Positions 1 through 10,323 of a DNA stretch of 64,000 nt are shown here, one piece after another (the stretch's first letter is position 1; every line of letters starts with the position of its first letter). Under the pieces are notes generated by a model that was not told where the DNA came from, did no database searches, and worked only from the letters and a program-made list of their open reading frames with translations. Location of the stretch: NCBI GenBank assembly GCA_041641305.1, contig JBEPYN010000002.1:480001-544000 (forward strand), in the 5' to 3' direction. Source of the DNA: Nitrososphaerota archaeon (GTDB lineage Archaea > Thermoproteota > Nitrososphaeria_A > Caldarchaeales > Caldarchaeaceae). The position numbers and the translations under genes are program-made.

Positions 1-1474
1 CCTCGAGGCCGTAGATGACCATGGCGAGTCTCTCTAAACCGAGGCCCCACGCCAGAACAGGATGCCTTACGCCGAAGGGGTAGGTTGTCTCGGGCCTGAA
101 GATCCCTGAGCCGCCGAGCTCCAGCCACCTGCCGCCAAGCCGCACCTCAACCTCCATCGAAGGCTCCGTGTAGGGGAAATAGCTCGGCTTGAAACGTATC
201 TCCCTTAACCCCAGGCGGCTGTAAAAATCCCGGAGAACACCCATCAGCATCCTGAGGCTGGCATCCCGTTCAACCACGATGCCCTCAATCTGGTGAAACT
301 CCGCCAAATGCTTCCAATCCACCTTCTCGTTGCGGAAAATTCTGTCAACGCAGAACACCTTCACCGGCGGCTGCTTAACCGTCGCAAGATGTCTAATGGT
401 CGTCGCAGTGGTGTGTGTCCTTAGAAGAAGACGCCGCGCCTCTTCGAGAGACCATCTATATCTCCAGCCTTTCGAGCCGGTGTCCCCGCCGTTTTCATGC
501 ACTTTTTTGACAGCGTCGATGTGTTGTGGCGGAGGATCCCCCTGCTGAGGCTCCAGTAGGTAGAAGGTGTCCTGCATCTCTCTGGCCGGATGGTCCTGCG
601 GCTGAAACAGGGCGTCAAAATTCCAGAAAGCGAGCTCGACAATCGGGCCCATAATCTCCTCAAACCCCATCTCGACATAGGCTTGTCTCACCATGCGTAT
701 CAGCTCGGTGAGCGGATGCCTCTTGGCCGCGAAGACAGGAGGTGTTGGAGCCCTTACATCGTAGCGGCTCAGCTTCACCTCACGCCACCGACCAGCCCTT
801 ATCAGCTCAGGCGTCAAACGAGTCACTTCAGGCACCACCGCCTCCTCGAGCTGAGAGGCGGCTTCGCGGCCCCTCTCAGTCAAAACCACTTTTCTCACAG
901 GCCGCTCGACAAGCTTCACCACACGCTGCCTGCGCAGAAGCTCGTCAACCACTTCACGAAGCTCCCCCGCATCAGGCACCTCCATCTCTCCAAATTTTTT
1001 CAACTCAATGAGGAAATTCTCGATTTTTGTCGGCGGCGGAACAGGGCCCTTTAGCACAACAACCGTGGAGCCATCCTTTTTCGCGAACTCAACCCAGCCA
1101 CGGCGTCGCGCCCACATCAACCCTATATCCGCTCTCTCGAGAGCTCTCACCTCGTCGACAGATGCTTCGCCGCCACGCTGCTGCAGAAACTCGACAACCC
1201 TTCTCTCGGGCAAGCCCTTAACAACATACTCCTCCCCCTCTACGTCCAAGGTGACAAACTTTCTCGATGTTTTTTCCTCAACAGTCACATAGCCTTTGTC
1301 ACGAAGCCATCCACAGGCTTTAGCGACAGAAGAAACCGTAGCCACGTCGTCCCTACTCCATCCGGAAACCGTTTCCGCAACCTTAGCCGCCAACTCACCA
1401 TAAGACGCGGCTCCGCCCAGCTGATGCAACGAGCGGAGAACAGCTTTCTCAAGCCAGTGAAAAGCCTCGGTCAT
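1..1474 (-). CDS. pheS: Phenylalanine--tRNA ligase alpha subunit (3' end runs off the window)
   Basis: Not in the ORF track because it has no stop in the window. Manual translation from ATG 1474 gives MTEAFHWLEK... and, in the same frame, ...WLELGGSGIFRPE...VLAWGLGLERLAMV (class II motif 3), plus FRPSYFPYTEPS and HLAEFHQIEG. Confidence 0.95.
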   Translation of the reverse strand, partial: MTEAFHWLEKAVLRSLHQLGGAASYGELAAKVAETVSGWSRDDVATVSSVAKACGWLRDKGYVTVEEKTSRKFVTLDVEGEEYVVKGLPERRVVEFLQQRGGEASVDEVRALERADIGLMWARRRGWVEFAKKDGSTVVVLKGPVPPPTKIENFLIELKKFGEMEVPDAGELREVVDELLRRQRVVKLVERPVRKVVLTERGREAASQLEEAVVPEVTRLTPELIRAGRWREVKLSRYDVRAPTPPVFAAKRHPLTELIRMVRQAYVEMGFEEIMGPIVELAFWNFDALFQPQDHPAREMQDTFYLLEPQQGDPPPQHIDAVKKVHENGGDTGSKGWRYRWSLEEARRLLLRTHTTATTIRHLATVKQPPVKVFCVDRIFRNEKVDWKHLAEFHQIEGIVVERDASLRMLMGVLRDFYSRLGLREIRFKPSYFPYTEPSMEVEVRLGGRWLELGGSGIFRPETTYPFGVRHPVLAWGLGLERLAMVIYGLE

Positions 1475-1511
1475 CCCCCGTATCGGCTTAACAGCCCGAT
1501 AAAAAACCCAT

Positions 1512-2150
1512 TTAGGGAATGTTAGCAGTGAAGAACGCTATTGCGGAAAAGATGTTTGCAAGAAGCGCGAGTACGATGACAGGCAACAGCAGGAGAAGAG
1601 AGTTGCCTCCGAGAAGCGCCGCCCCCGTCACCACAGCCGGGGCAGATACCGCTAGAACCAGAACAACAGCCACAAAAACCAACACAAGAATTAGCATAAT
1701 TATTCTCAACACGGCCGCTCGTCTAAACCAGACCGAGTTTAGGACCTTTGCCGCACGGAAATGTGACAACAGCTCCAGAACAACGGTGGCGAGGCCCAGA
1801 GCAGCCAAGGCCACCGCTGCCGCGAGAAAAACAGCCAAATAACCCATTATCTGTGGAAATAAAGCCGCCGCAACCGCGGAGGAGATGTCTTCGCCGCCTA
1901 ATGCAAAGGGTGCTGACATGATGACGCCGATGATGCTGCCCAAGAAGAAAACCAGAAAACCAACAGAAGTCACGAATGTAAGAACCATCAAAATCCCCGT
2001 TGCGCGGAGAAGATTCTGCCCCGTCCTAGACCCCATCTGATACCATGCAATCCCGATCAACAGCGGTGCAACAATGTTAGCCAACGGGATAATGTTCAAA
2101 ATATAGCCAACACCACCTAGAACACTCATTTCTACCCACTTGAACAACAT
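1512..2150 (-). CDS. Multi-pass membrane protein, DUF996/DUF973-like
   Basis: Hydrophobic helices, FRRAAVL and terminal SAIAFF pattern typical of archaeal DUF996 proteins. Confidence 0.6.
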   Translation of the reverse strand: MLFKWVEMSVLGGVGYILNIIPLANIVAPLLIGIAWYQMGSRTGQNLLRATGILMVLTFVTSVGFLVFFLGSIIGVIMSAPFALGGEDISSAVAAALFPQIMGYLAVFLAAAVALAALGLATVVLELLSHFRAAKVLNSVWFRRAAVLRIIMLILVLVFVAVVLVLAVSAPAVVTGAALLGGNSLLLLLPVIVLALLANIFSAIAFFTANIP

Positions 2151-2200
2151 GACCCCCTATAAGGCTTTAAATCATTCTCGGCAGAGATAATTTTTGGATA

Positions 2201-3385
2201 ATGGCTGAGGACGGCGACAGGCTTCTAATCATAGTTGTTGACAGGGATGATGACCTTGGGGTGAAGACTGGGATAAGTGGCCCCGTTGTTGGGAGAGAAG
2301 CTAATCTGGATGCTGCTGTGCGGCTTGCCTTGGCTGACCCAGAGGACCCAGACGCCAACGCTCTCTTCTACGCCGTCAAGCTCTATGATCAGCTGACCCG
2401 GAGCAGAACAGGTGTGGCGATTGAGGTCGCCACGCTCACAGGTTCCCCGAAGGAGGGGCTCGAGGCTGACATGAACATTTTCAACCAGCTCCGCGAGGTG
2501 CTGGAAAAATTTCCCGCTCAGAGCTGCATATTCGTAAGCGACGGCGAGACAGATGCGATAGTTACACCCATAATCTCTTCACAGGTGGCGATATCCTCGG
2601 TTCAGCGGGTCACCGTCAAGCAGAGTCAGACGGTTGAGCAGTCGTGGCTCATTCTTGGTAAGTATCTGCGGCTTGGTATAACCGACCCGCGGTACGCCAA
2701 GTTCATCATAGGCATACCAGGCGGCTTCATCGCGCTCTCCGCGCTCCTAAGCATCTTCGGACTGGCCCAGCCCTCCATCCTACTTCTCTTCCTCGGCCTA
2801 CTTCTGTTCCTCTGGGGCTTCAGGATAGACATTCATCTCTCGCGTTTCTTCACAGGCTTCTACAGAATATCTCAGATGCCGGCAATCGGTCAGATAAGGG
2901 CATTCGCCTACCTTGGCGCGGGAGCGTCTCTGCTCATCGGGCTGTACCTCGGATTATCATCCTCCTACACAACCTACGTCTCCCTCAACCTGTCGACTGG
3001 ACAGATAAATGACCCGGCGATACTTCTGCCCACAATACTCCGGCTCTCAGGGGTTTTCATTAGCCAGAGCATCGACTTCATAGCGATCAGCGCGATACTC
3101 GTGGTTCTCTCCAACATGATATACTACTACATCATAAGATACTATGGGTTCTGGAGAACCATTCACGCAGGTGTTCTCTCGATATGGCTGTGGGCCCTAC
3201 TCAAACGGGCGGGAGTTCTTCTTCAGCAGCCGCAGCCAGCGACGATAACCGAGAGCTCAACATTCCTATTCATTCTCACGGCGGTGATGGGTGTGGTGAC
3301 GCTGGGAGTGACTTTTGCGATGACACGGGTGCTTCGCTCAATCTATGGAAAACAGTTCAGAAAAGGAACAGCCAAGAAACAGTGA
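2201..3385 (+). CDS. DUF373 family membrane protein
   Basis: N-terminal VDRDDDLGVKTGISGPVVGRE...DPEDPDAN, VSDGETD and VTVKQS motifs, followed by TM helices; conserved neighbour of uppS in archaea. Confidence 0.9.
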   Translation: MAEDGDRLLIIVVDRDDDLGVKTGISGPVVGREANLDAAVRLALADPEDPDANALFYAVKLYDQLTRSRTGVAIEVATLTGSPKEGLEADMNIFNQLREVLEKFPAQSCIFVSDGETDAIVTPIISSQVAISSVQRVTVKQSQTVEQSWLILGKYLRLGITDPRYAKFIIGIPGGFIALSALLSIFGLAQPSILLLFLGLLLFLWGFRIDIHLSRFFTGFYRISQMPAIGQIRAFAYLGAGASLLIGLYLGLSSSYTTYVSLNLSTGQINDPAILLPTILRLSGVFISQSIDFIAISAILVVLSNMIYYYIIRYYGFWRTIHAGVLSIWLWALLKRAGVLLQQPQPATITESSTFLFILTAVMGVVTLGVTFAMTRVLRSIYGKQFRKGTAKKQ

Positions 3386-3392
3386 CCCGGCT

Positions 3393-4175
3393 TTGTTGAA
3401 AAAACTTCTCCAGCTAACAGGTGTTTACTGGGTATATGAGAAATGGCTTTTGAGAAACGTTTCCTCGGGGCAGATGCCTAGCCATGTTGGGCTTATTCTC
3501 GACGGTAACAGGAGGTGGGCGAGGAGCCGCGGGTGGCCGCCTTGGAAAGGCCACGCAGCAGGAGCGGATAAGGTCGAGGAGATTCTTGACTGGCTGCTGG
3601 ATCTGGGCATAAAAACCGTGACACTCTATATTCTCTCCACAGAGAACCTGAACCGTCCCATGCACGAGGTTGAGGAGATATTCAGGCTGATTGAGGAGAA
3701 GGCCTACTCTCTTCTTAGAGACCCGAAGATATACAAGCACCGCGTTAAGGTCAAGGTCATCGGCAGAAAGGACATGCTTCCCACAAATGTTGTGAAGGCG
3801 CTTGAGAAGCTTGAGCACGCGACTGAGATGCATGACAACAGGTTCCTCAACCTCGCAATAGCGTATGGAGGCCGGCTGGAGATACTTGAGGCTGTTAGAC
3901 AGATTGCGGAGCAGGTGAAGATGGGCCAGCTATCTCCCGAGCAAATCGATGAAAAAACTATCGAGAAACATCTTTACACGAACGGTGTACCCAACCCTGA
4001 GCCTGACCTCATCATAAGAACGTCTGGCGAGACACGTATAAGCAACTTTCTGCTCTGGCAATCTGCTTACAGCGAGTTTGTCTTCCAAGACGTGAACCTA
4101 CCAGACTTCAGATATATCGACCTTCTCCGAGCAATACGCATATATCAAAACAGGGAACGTAGGTTCGGGCTCTAA
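3393..4175 (+). CDS. uppS: cis-prenyltransferase (undecaprenyl/dolichyl diphosphate synthase)
   Basis: HVGLILDGNRRW, LSTENL, AYGGRLEI and IIRTSGETRISNFLLWQ motifs. Start uncertain (ORF open from 3345). Confidence 0.95.
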   Translation: MLKKLLQLTGVYWVYEKWLLRNVSSGQMPSHVGLILDGNRRWARSRGWPPWKGHAAGADKVEEILDWLLDLGIKTVTLYILSTENLNRPMHEVEEIFRLIEEKAYSLLRDPKIYKHRVKVKVIGRKDMLPTNVVKALEKLEHATEMHDNRFLNLAIAYGGRLEILEAVRQIAEQVKMGQLSPEQIDEKTIEKHLYTNGVPNPEPDLIIRTSGETRISNFLLWQSAYSEFVFQDVNLPDFRYIDLLRAIRIYQNRERRFGL

Positions 4176-5260
4176 CCAACCTCCATCTCAGTATCCGCAT
4201 CAGTCAACTTCTCCACACCTCTCGAGGTTACAAGATATATGTCGGAGACGGATAAACCGTATCTGCCTGGGAGAAGCAGGTCTGGGCCTACACATACTAC
4301 GGCCCCCTCGCGTATAATGTCGGTGCTCGCCGAGTCGATGAAGGGATGCTCCTCAGCTTCGAGACCCACACCCCGTCCGAATAATGTTAGAGATGTGGGG
4401 TCGAGGCCAATCTCCATCGCGAAAGCTCTTGCTCTATCATATATGGAGACGGCTGAGGACCATACAGAGAGAAGTGAGCTGATGTGCTCTTTTAGACGGA
4501 TTAGCTGTTGATAAGTTTTCTTGATTTTTTCCTGTGATTTTTTGTAGAAGTAGGTGCGTGAAATTTGTGATATGTATCCTTCGACTGATGCTGATAAAGT
4601 TATCTTAACGAGTTCGCCTTCTCTTATTCCCCGGTTTGCTGGGCTGTCTATGTTGAGGAAGGTGTCTTCGCCGATGGATATGTGGGGGCTGTATGGGAGG
4701 TCGGCTTCGAGGCGGTAGATGTTGTCGGCCAAGGCTCGCCTAATATCCGAAGCCGTGGTTCCTCCGGCGATAACTTCTCTGACGATATCCATGGCGAAGG
4801 AGGCGATTGATGAGGCTTTGCGGATAAGCTCTATCTCGCGCTCGGATTTGCTCTGCCGCTGTTCATAGACAAGGTCTTTGACACAGGTGAGCGAGAGGGA
4901 TGGATAGTTCTTGATGATTGATTGATAGGTTTCGGCAGGCATGCTGTCGTAGCCAACCGCCATCCTCCTGTCACCTATGTACTCAAACACCGTTGGATAG
5001 ATTTCTCTGCGGCCGAGTCTCTCAACGATGTGTATTCGGCTGGCCAGAGGAGTGTTAACGGGGGTGTTTGAGAAGATGCTGACTGTGCCGTCCACGGTTA
5101 TCAGCAGCATCCCGTTCTGTGAACCTGTAAAGTATTGTACGTTGGATTGCTTGGAGAGAATAACCGCTTCCACAGGTGAGCTTCTAAGCCGGGAAAGAAA
5201 CCTCTCCAACCTGTCTTCATAAGGGTGCTCGCTCAACGGTGGAAAACCAGTAGAATCCAT
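4172..5260 (-). CDS. M24 (Xaa-Pro aminopeptidase) fold protein with all metal ligands substituted, probably non-catalytic
   Basis: Creatinase-N domain plus pita-bread fold (RQSKSEREIELIRKA, GYISQISRT, GRGVGLE). The D/D/H/E/E ligand positions read T/Q/R/G/S. Confidence 0.8.
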   Translation of the reverse strand: MDSTGFPPLSEHPYEDRLERFLSRLRSSPVEAVILSKQSNVQYFTGSQNGMLLITVDGTVSIFSNTPVNTPLASRIHIVERLGRREIYPTVFEYIGDRRMAVGYDSMPAETYQSIIKNYPSLSLTCVKDLVYEQRQSKSEREIELIRKASSIASFAMDIVREVIAGGTTASDIRRALADNIYRLEADLPYSPHISIGEDTFLNIDSPANRGIREGELVKITLSASVEGYISQISRTYFYKKSQEKIKKTYQQLIRLKEHISSLLSVWSSAVSIYDRARAFAMEIGLDPTSLTLFGRGVGLEAEEHPFIDSASTDIIREGAVVCVGPDLLLPGRYGLSVSDIYLVTSRGVEKLTDADTEMEVG

Positions 5261-5361
5261 ATTTATGCATCGTCGTGTTTTACCCCCGTAATTGGGGCAT
5301 ATCACCCATCTCCTCATCCTGAGGCATGTTGATAAACATCCCTTTACGCTGAATTAGGCGG

Positions 5362-8300
5362 ATGGTTAGAATAAAGTCGGTGGCTATCACGGGTTTTAAA
5401 TCGTTTGGAAACAAGAGAACCGTGATAAAGCTGCCGCCTGGCCTTGTGGTCATAACGGGGCCCAACGGCGGGGGCAAGTCCACAGTCCTCGACGCCGTAA
5501 AGTTTGCGCTAGGGGAGCTGAGCGCACACAATCTCAGGGTTGACAGGTTTTCTAAGCTGTTGCATGAATCAAGCAAGGGCACTGATGCTCAGGCCCTTGT
5601 GACCCTTACGCTCGACAACTCCGACCACAGCATCCCCGTTGACTCGGAGGAGGTGGTCATAAGCAGACGGCTCTACTCGACAGGTGAAAGCGAATACATG
5701 CTCAACAACCGCATCGTTTCAAGAAACGAGCTTCTCACGATTCTCTCAGCGGCTAACATCAAGCCGGATGGGTTGAACCTTGTGACGCAGGGCTCGGTTG
5801 TGGGCATCGCAGAGATGACGAGCAGGGAGCTTAGGGAGGTTTTAGAGGATGCGGCCGGCATATCCGGCTACAAGAAAAGACGCGACGAAGCTCATAAAGA
5901 GCTTGAAGTTGCACAGAAAAACATAGACATCGCGAAAGCAGCCACTTCGGAGGTAAGGTCACGCGTCAAACAACTTGAGCTGGAACGCAACCAGCTTCTT
6001 CGAAAAACCCTAGCCGAAAAAATCCTCAACAGCTTGAAATCACTCTCTCTTGTCAACGAGTACAAGTCACATGCACAGGCTTTGAAAGAGCTTGACACAC
6101 GTGCAGCTGATCTGTTAAACAGGCTTGCAGAGAAACAGGCAGAGGCCGAAGAGGTTAGAGCTAGGTTGGAGGCTCTCAGGACCGAGGCCGAGGAACTTGG
6201 GGACAGGCAGCGAGAACTGGCCGCCGAGGTCAGCAAAATAGACCGCACAGTTCTCAGCCTCGAGACAGAGAAATCCCGTAAAATAGCTGAGAAAAACTCT
6301 GCGGAAAACGCGTTAAAACAGCTGGACCTACAGCGGAGGTCTCTGGAGACACGTGTCGCAAACTGGCGGGAGAGACAAAAACAGCTCAAGGAGGAACATG
6401 AAAAGAAAACCTTGCAAGTTGAAGACGCACGCGAAAAATGGACTCTTAGGGAGGCAGAGTATAACGATTTCAAGAAACGTGTTGAAGAGCTTCAGAAAGA
6501 GGTCGACGAAGCCGAGAACAGTTACGCGGCAAAAGTGGAGGAGCTGCGTTTCCTCAAGCTCAGCGACGACGGCAAATCCCTTCTCCTCGACAACATCCAG
6601 AAACAGCTGACACGCAAACAGCAGGAGAAAAAAGAGGCTGAGGAAAGGCTTGCAGAGATCAGAAACAGCCTCAGCGAAAAAACCGAGCAACTAACCCATC
6701 TCGTAAAATCTATGGAACAGCTATCCCAGCTGCTAGACAATCAGATAAACACGGCCAATACCATCCAGAGAGAACTCGAATCAAGACGTGAAAAAACCGC
6801 GTCAATCGACAAACTCTTAGAAAAAACTCGTCTACTAAAGGCCGCTGGCCAACAGTTGCTTGAAACACTTCGGTCGGCCGTGAAAGAGGATAGGCGACAG
6901 AGTGGTCTCAAGACTGTTCGCGAAGTTTTTGGTGAGAAGCTCACGGGTGCACATGGGGCTGTTCTCGGTGACTGGCTTAACGCGGTTTTTGTCGCAGATG
7001 TTGAAGCGGCTTTGTCGCTGGCGAGGGAGGCGGCTGAGAAGAAGATTCCGCTTAAGATTGTTGCCGAGTCTCTAGACCTTGATTCGCTGGTGAAGGCCCT
7101 CACCCGCGGTGCAGGGTTTAGGACTGTGGAGTCTGTGAAGCAGCTTCAGCTCGGTGACAGAGACGTGGCCACGATGGACGGCGTGTATGTAGGAGATTCG
7201 GGAATAATCAGCGTCGCCGGCGAAATGGGCGAGGCTGTAGCAGCCGAGAGGGTAAACAGAAGCATCGAAAGGCTCGAAGCGATTGAGGCCAAGCTTCTAA
7301 AGGCGAGGGAAACCTTTGACACGGAGGCCAAGCTCGCGGAAAAACGTCTCAGAGAAATACATGCCGAAATAGAGGAGACGAGGCGGCAGCTAAACTCAAA
7401 GACTCTTGAAAAAACCCGTCTCGAGACAGAGATAAACAACTTCTCCAAATCCATAGAAAACAGCGTCCAACGTCTCAAGCAACTCGAAGACGAGGTCTCG
7501 CGCCTCATTCAGGAAAAGGAGAAGCTAACGCAGCTGTTAACCGATAAGACTGATGAGATTACTGCTCTCACACGTCTGAGACAGGAGGTGGCCGAGAAGA
7601 AGCAGATGCTGAGGAAAGCCGAGGAAGAGATGCGGAGGAAATCGCAGGAATCATCCACATTTTACCGCGCCTATATCAACCTCGAAAGGGAAAGGGATAG
7701 GCTTCTGATTGAGCTTAGGAACATAGAGGAGTCTATTGCTGGTGCAGAGAAAGAGTTTGAGCAGATTGCTCAACGTGAACATGAGCTTGCCGAAGAGCTT
7801 GAGCGACTCCGCGGCATGGTAGAGGAGCTTGACCGGAAAATAGCTGAGGCCAGGGAGGTGAAGGAGAAGGTGGAGACGGAGTTGAGCCAGTTCTCCGGGA
7901 CGCTGGCTGAGAAGAGTAAAGAGGTTAAACAGCTTGAACAGCATCTCGCCACCTTGTTGAACAAGGTTTCTGCACTTGAGAGGGAGAATAACAATTTGGC
8001 TATTGAAAGAGTTCGCATAGAGACCACCCTTAAGTCCATCGGCGAAAGGCTGCAGAGCATCGGCTCACCCGAAGAAGCGGAGACAACTCTCCCCCTTGAA
8101 TTGATCCCACATCTCGAAACAGAGGTGGCCGAGATACCTGTGGTCAACCAGCTTGCGGCTATGCAGTATGATAGCATAATCGAAAACTATCGCCTCCGCT
8201 CCACGAGGATAAACGAGCTCGAGATGGAGAGAAAACGCATACTCGACCTGATCGAGTCTATTAACAGGGAGGAGGTGGACGCTTTCCGCAGAGCCTTGGA

Positions 8301-8739
8301 CAGGGTTTCGGATAGTTTCAGCTTCTACTTTAACCAGTTAACAGGTGGAGAGGGTTTTCTCAAGCTCGAGAACCCCGATGACCCACTCAACTCCGGTGTA
8401 GAGATGCTTGTCAAGTTTGTTGGAAAACAGACCCGGAGCACTGTCTCGATAAGCGGTGGAGAGAAATCGGTGTCAGCGGTTGCGTTGATACTCGCATTAC
8501 AGGACCTGACACCGGCACAGTTCTACATGTTTGACGAAATCGACGCGCACCTCGACGTTGTATACGTCAAAAACCTCGTCAACCTTCTCAAGAAAATGTC
8601 GACCAAGAAACAGATAATAATCATCACTTTGAAGGACATTATCGCGGAGCAGGCGGATGCGTTGTATGGTGTCTACATGGCTAACGAGTCTTCGCATGTT
8701 GTTAGGACGCGGTTGAGCGAGGTGGTTGAGGCTGGATAA
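5362..8739 (+). CDS. smc: Chromosome segregation protein SMC
   Basis: GFKSF, Walker A GPNGGGKS, Q-loop VTQG, long coiled coils with central hinge, signature ISGGEKS, Walker B FDEIDAHLD. Confidence 0.97.
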   Translation: MVRIKSVAITGFKSFGNKRTVIKLPPGLVVITGPNGGGKSTVLDAVKFALGELSAHNLRVDRFSKLLHESSKGTDAQALVTLTLDNSDHSIPVDSEEVVISRRLYSTGESEYMLNNRIVSRNELLTILSAANIKPDGLNLVTQGSVVGIAEMTSRELREVLEDAAGISGYKKRRDEAHKELEVAQKNIDIAKAATSEVRSRVKQLELERNQLLRKTLAEKILNSLKSLSLVNEYKSHAQALKELDTRAADLLNRLAEKQAEAEEVRARLEALRTEAEELGDRQRELAAEVSKIDRTVLSLETEKSRKIAEKNSAENALKQLDLQRRSLETRVANWRERQKQLKEEHEKKTLQVEDAREKWTLREAEYNDFKKRVEELQKEVDEAENSYAAKVEELRFLKLSDDGKSLLLDNIQKQLTRKQQEKKEAEERLAEIRNSLSEKTEQLTHLVKSMEQLSQLLDNQINTANTIQRELESRREKTASIDKLLEKTRLLKAAGQQLLETLRSAVKEDRRQSGLKTVREVFGEKLTGAHGAVLGDWLNAVFVADVEAALSLAREAAEKKIPLKIVAESLDLDSLVKALTRGAGFRTVESVKQLQLGDRDVATMDGVYVGDSGIISVAGEMGEAVAAERVNRSIERLEAIEAKLLKARETFDTEAKLAEKRLREIHAEIEETRRQLNSKTLEKTRLETEINNFSKSIENSVQRLKQLEDEVSRLIQEKEKLTQLLTDKTDEITALTRLRQEVAEKKQMLRKAEEEMRRKSQESSTFYRAYINLERERDRLLIELRNIEESIAGAEKEFEQIAQREHELAEELERLRGMVEELDRKIAEAREVKEKVETELSQFSGTLAEKSKEVKQLEQHLATLLNKVSALERENNNLAIERVRIETTLKSIGERLQSIGSPEEAETTLPLELIPHLETEVAEIPVVNQLAAMQYDSIIENYRLRSTRINELEMERKRILDLIESINREEVDAFRRALDRVSDSFSFYFNQLTGGEGFLKLENPDDPLNSGVEMLVKFVGKQTRSTVSISGGEKSVSAVALILALQDLTPAQFYMFDEIDAHLDVVYVKNLVNLLKKMSTKKQIIIITLKDIIAEQADALYGVYMANESSHVVRTRLSEVVEAG

Positions 8740-9415
8740 CGGGTTTGCTGAGCAGCTGATGTCGGCTCCTTGGCGGATACTCTTTGACGTGACACGGCTG
8801 GATAGGGTGAAGGTTTGGGAGGTGAAGCTCTCGGAGGTTTTGACGGAGTTTGCCCAAGTTCTCCGATCACAGGGCTACATAGACTTCAACATCTGCGGAA
8901 TAGCCGTTTACTCCGCCGCCGTCATACATCGGATAAAGAGTGAAAAACTTCTACAAGCCGATCAGCCGCCTAAACCCAAGCCCAAGCCCGAGATAAACAT
9001 CATGCCACCCATCGAGCTCCCCTTCAAACCCGAGCTAATTACAGCAACGCTACAGGAAATCGTGACAGCGCTTCAAAAAGCTCTTTCACAATCAGGCCGC
9101 AGCAAAACCGAGACCGCCACACCCCAGATAATGGAGAACAGGCTGATACTCAACGAGTTCATAGTCAAGATTGAGGAGGAGCTTGACAAGTTTCTCGAAA
9201 AGCTGAGAGAAATATTCAGCGTGAAAACATCTATCACCTTCTCCGAGCTTGTGGAGGGAATGCCCCGTCTCGAGGCCGCCAAAACCTTCATACTTCTCCT
9301 CTTCGCCGCCGCCCGCCGCTATGTTCTGCTTCTCCAACCCGACGAGTTCAGCGACCTCGTCGTCCTTGGGGGTGAGCTTTCTGGAGCCTCAGGCGGACAG
9401 CAAGCTGGTGGCTGA
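8726..9415 (+). CDS. scpA: Kleisin ScpA
   Basis: N-terminal WEVKLSEVL...AVIHRIKSE and C-terminal winged helix TFILLLFAA...Q; overlaps the smc stop. Confidence 0.88.
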   Translation: MRLDNGFAEQLMSAPWRILFDVTRLDRVKVWEVKLSEVLTEFAQVLRSQGYIDFNICGIAVYSAAVIHRIKSEKLLQADQPPKPKPKPEINIMPPIELPFKPELITATLQEIVTALQKALSQSGRSKTETATPQIMENRLILNEFIVKIEEELDKFLEKLREIFSVKTSITFSELVEGMPRLEAAKTFILLLFAAARRYVLLLQPDEFSDLVVLGGELSGASGGQQAGG

Positions 9416-9983
9416 GGCCCTCCTATTCGCGTCAGACAAACCCGTGGACATCAAGACGCTGCAGCGCGCTCTCCGAACAAGGTCACCTGAAAAGGTTCGG
9501 AAAATTCTGGAGATGTTGAAGAACGAGTACAGCGGGAGAGCTGTGGAGATAGTTGAGCTGGACGGCGGGCGATACTACATGCGGCTGAGACCCGACCTCG
9601 CAGCCCATGTCAAAAAATATACACGCCGCAAGATGCTTCCACACGGTGTCCTCAAAACCTTGGCGACAATCGCATACTACCAGCCCATACCGCTTTCAAC
9701 ACTCGCGGCAATACGTGGAAAAGACAGCTACAGGCAAATCAAGATACTTCAGGAAAGAGGGTTGGTCGAGTCTGAGAAAAAAGGCCGCACATCCGTTCTA
9801 AGGACTTCTCGACTTTTCGCGGACTTTTTCGGCGTGGAGAACACCCCGGCCTCCATCAAGTCGCTCATAGAAAAGATGCTTGCCTCGGGAGGTGAAACAA
9901 GTATAAAACATGCTTCAACTCCGAAGAAGCAGAATGGTTCAGTGGCACAGCGACCTTCACAAACGCAAAAAGACGGGGGCTAA
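9372..9983 (+). CDS. scpB: Kite subunit ScpB
   Basis: EALLFAS, TLATIAYYQPI, IRG and FADFFG motifs. GTG 9372 preferred over the ORF-track start at 9249. Confidence 0.93.
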   Translation: MSFLEPQADSKLVAEALLFASDKPVDIKTLQRALRTRSPEKVRKILEMLKNEYSGRAVEIVELDGGRYYMRLRPDLAAHVKKYTRRKMLPHGVLKTLATIAYYQPIPLSTLAAIRGKDSYRQIKILQERGLVESEKKGRTSVLRTSRLFADFFGVENTPASIKSLIEKMLASGGETSIKHASTPKKQNGSVAQRPSQTQKDGG

Positions 9984-10323
9984 GGCTCATCCAGCCAGGA
10001 GTAGGAGAAAGAGGGAACGCGGCGGCGAGATAAACCTTGTCTCGCTTGGGGAGCAAAAAGTGGTTACACGTAGAGCATCAGGCGGAAACCTTAAGGCAGC
10101 TGTTCTATCGACGAAAACAGCCAACGTCGCAGTCGGCTCCGTTGTCAAGCGTCTCGAGATACTCCGCGTAGTATCCAACCCCAGCAACAGAGACTATGAC
10201 AGAAGAAAAGTCATCACCAAAGGCACATTAATAGAGACGCCTGAGGGTCTCGCAAGGGTCACGTCAAGCCCCGGACAAGACGGCACAGTCAACGCCGTTC
10301 TCGTGAAGCAGGGAGGGGCTTGA
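9934..10323 (+). CDS. rps8e: 30S ribosomal protein S8e
   Basis: HKRKKTG, RASGGNLK, NPSNRDYDRRKVITKG and VTSSPGQDGTVNAVL. Confidence 0.97.
   Translation: MVQWHSDLHKRKKTGAKAHPARSRRKRERGGEINLVSLGEQKVVTRRASGGNLKAAVLSTKTANVAVGSVVKRLEILRVVSNPSNRDYDRRKVITKGTLIETPEGLARVTSSPGQDGTVNAVLVKQGGA

Noticed and set aside
330-1292. Several + strand ORFs (e.g. 590-1054, 1008-1292)
   Set aside because: Antisense shadows of pheS, which the ORF track missed because it runs off the window.
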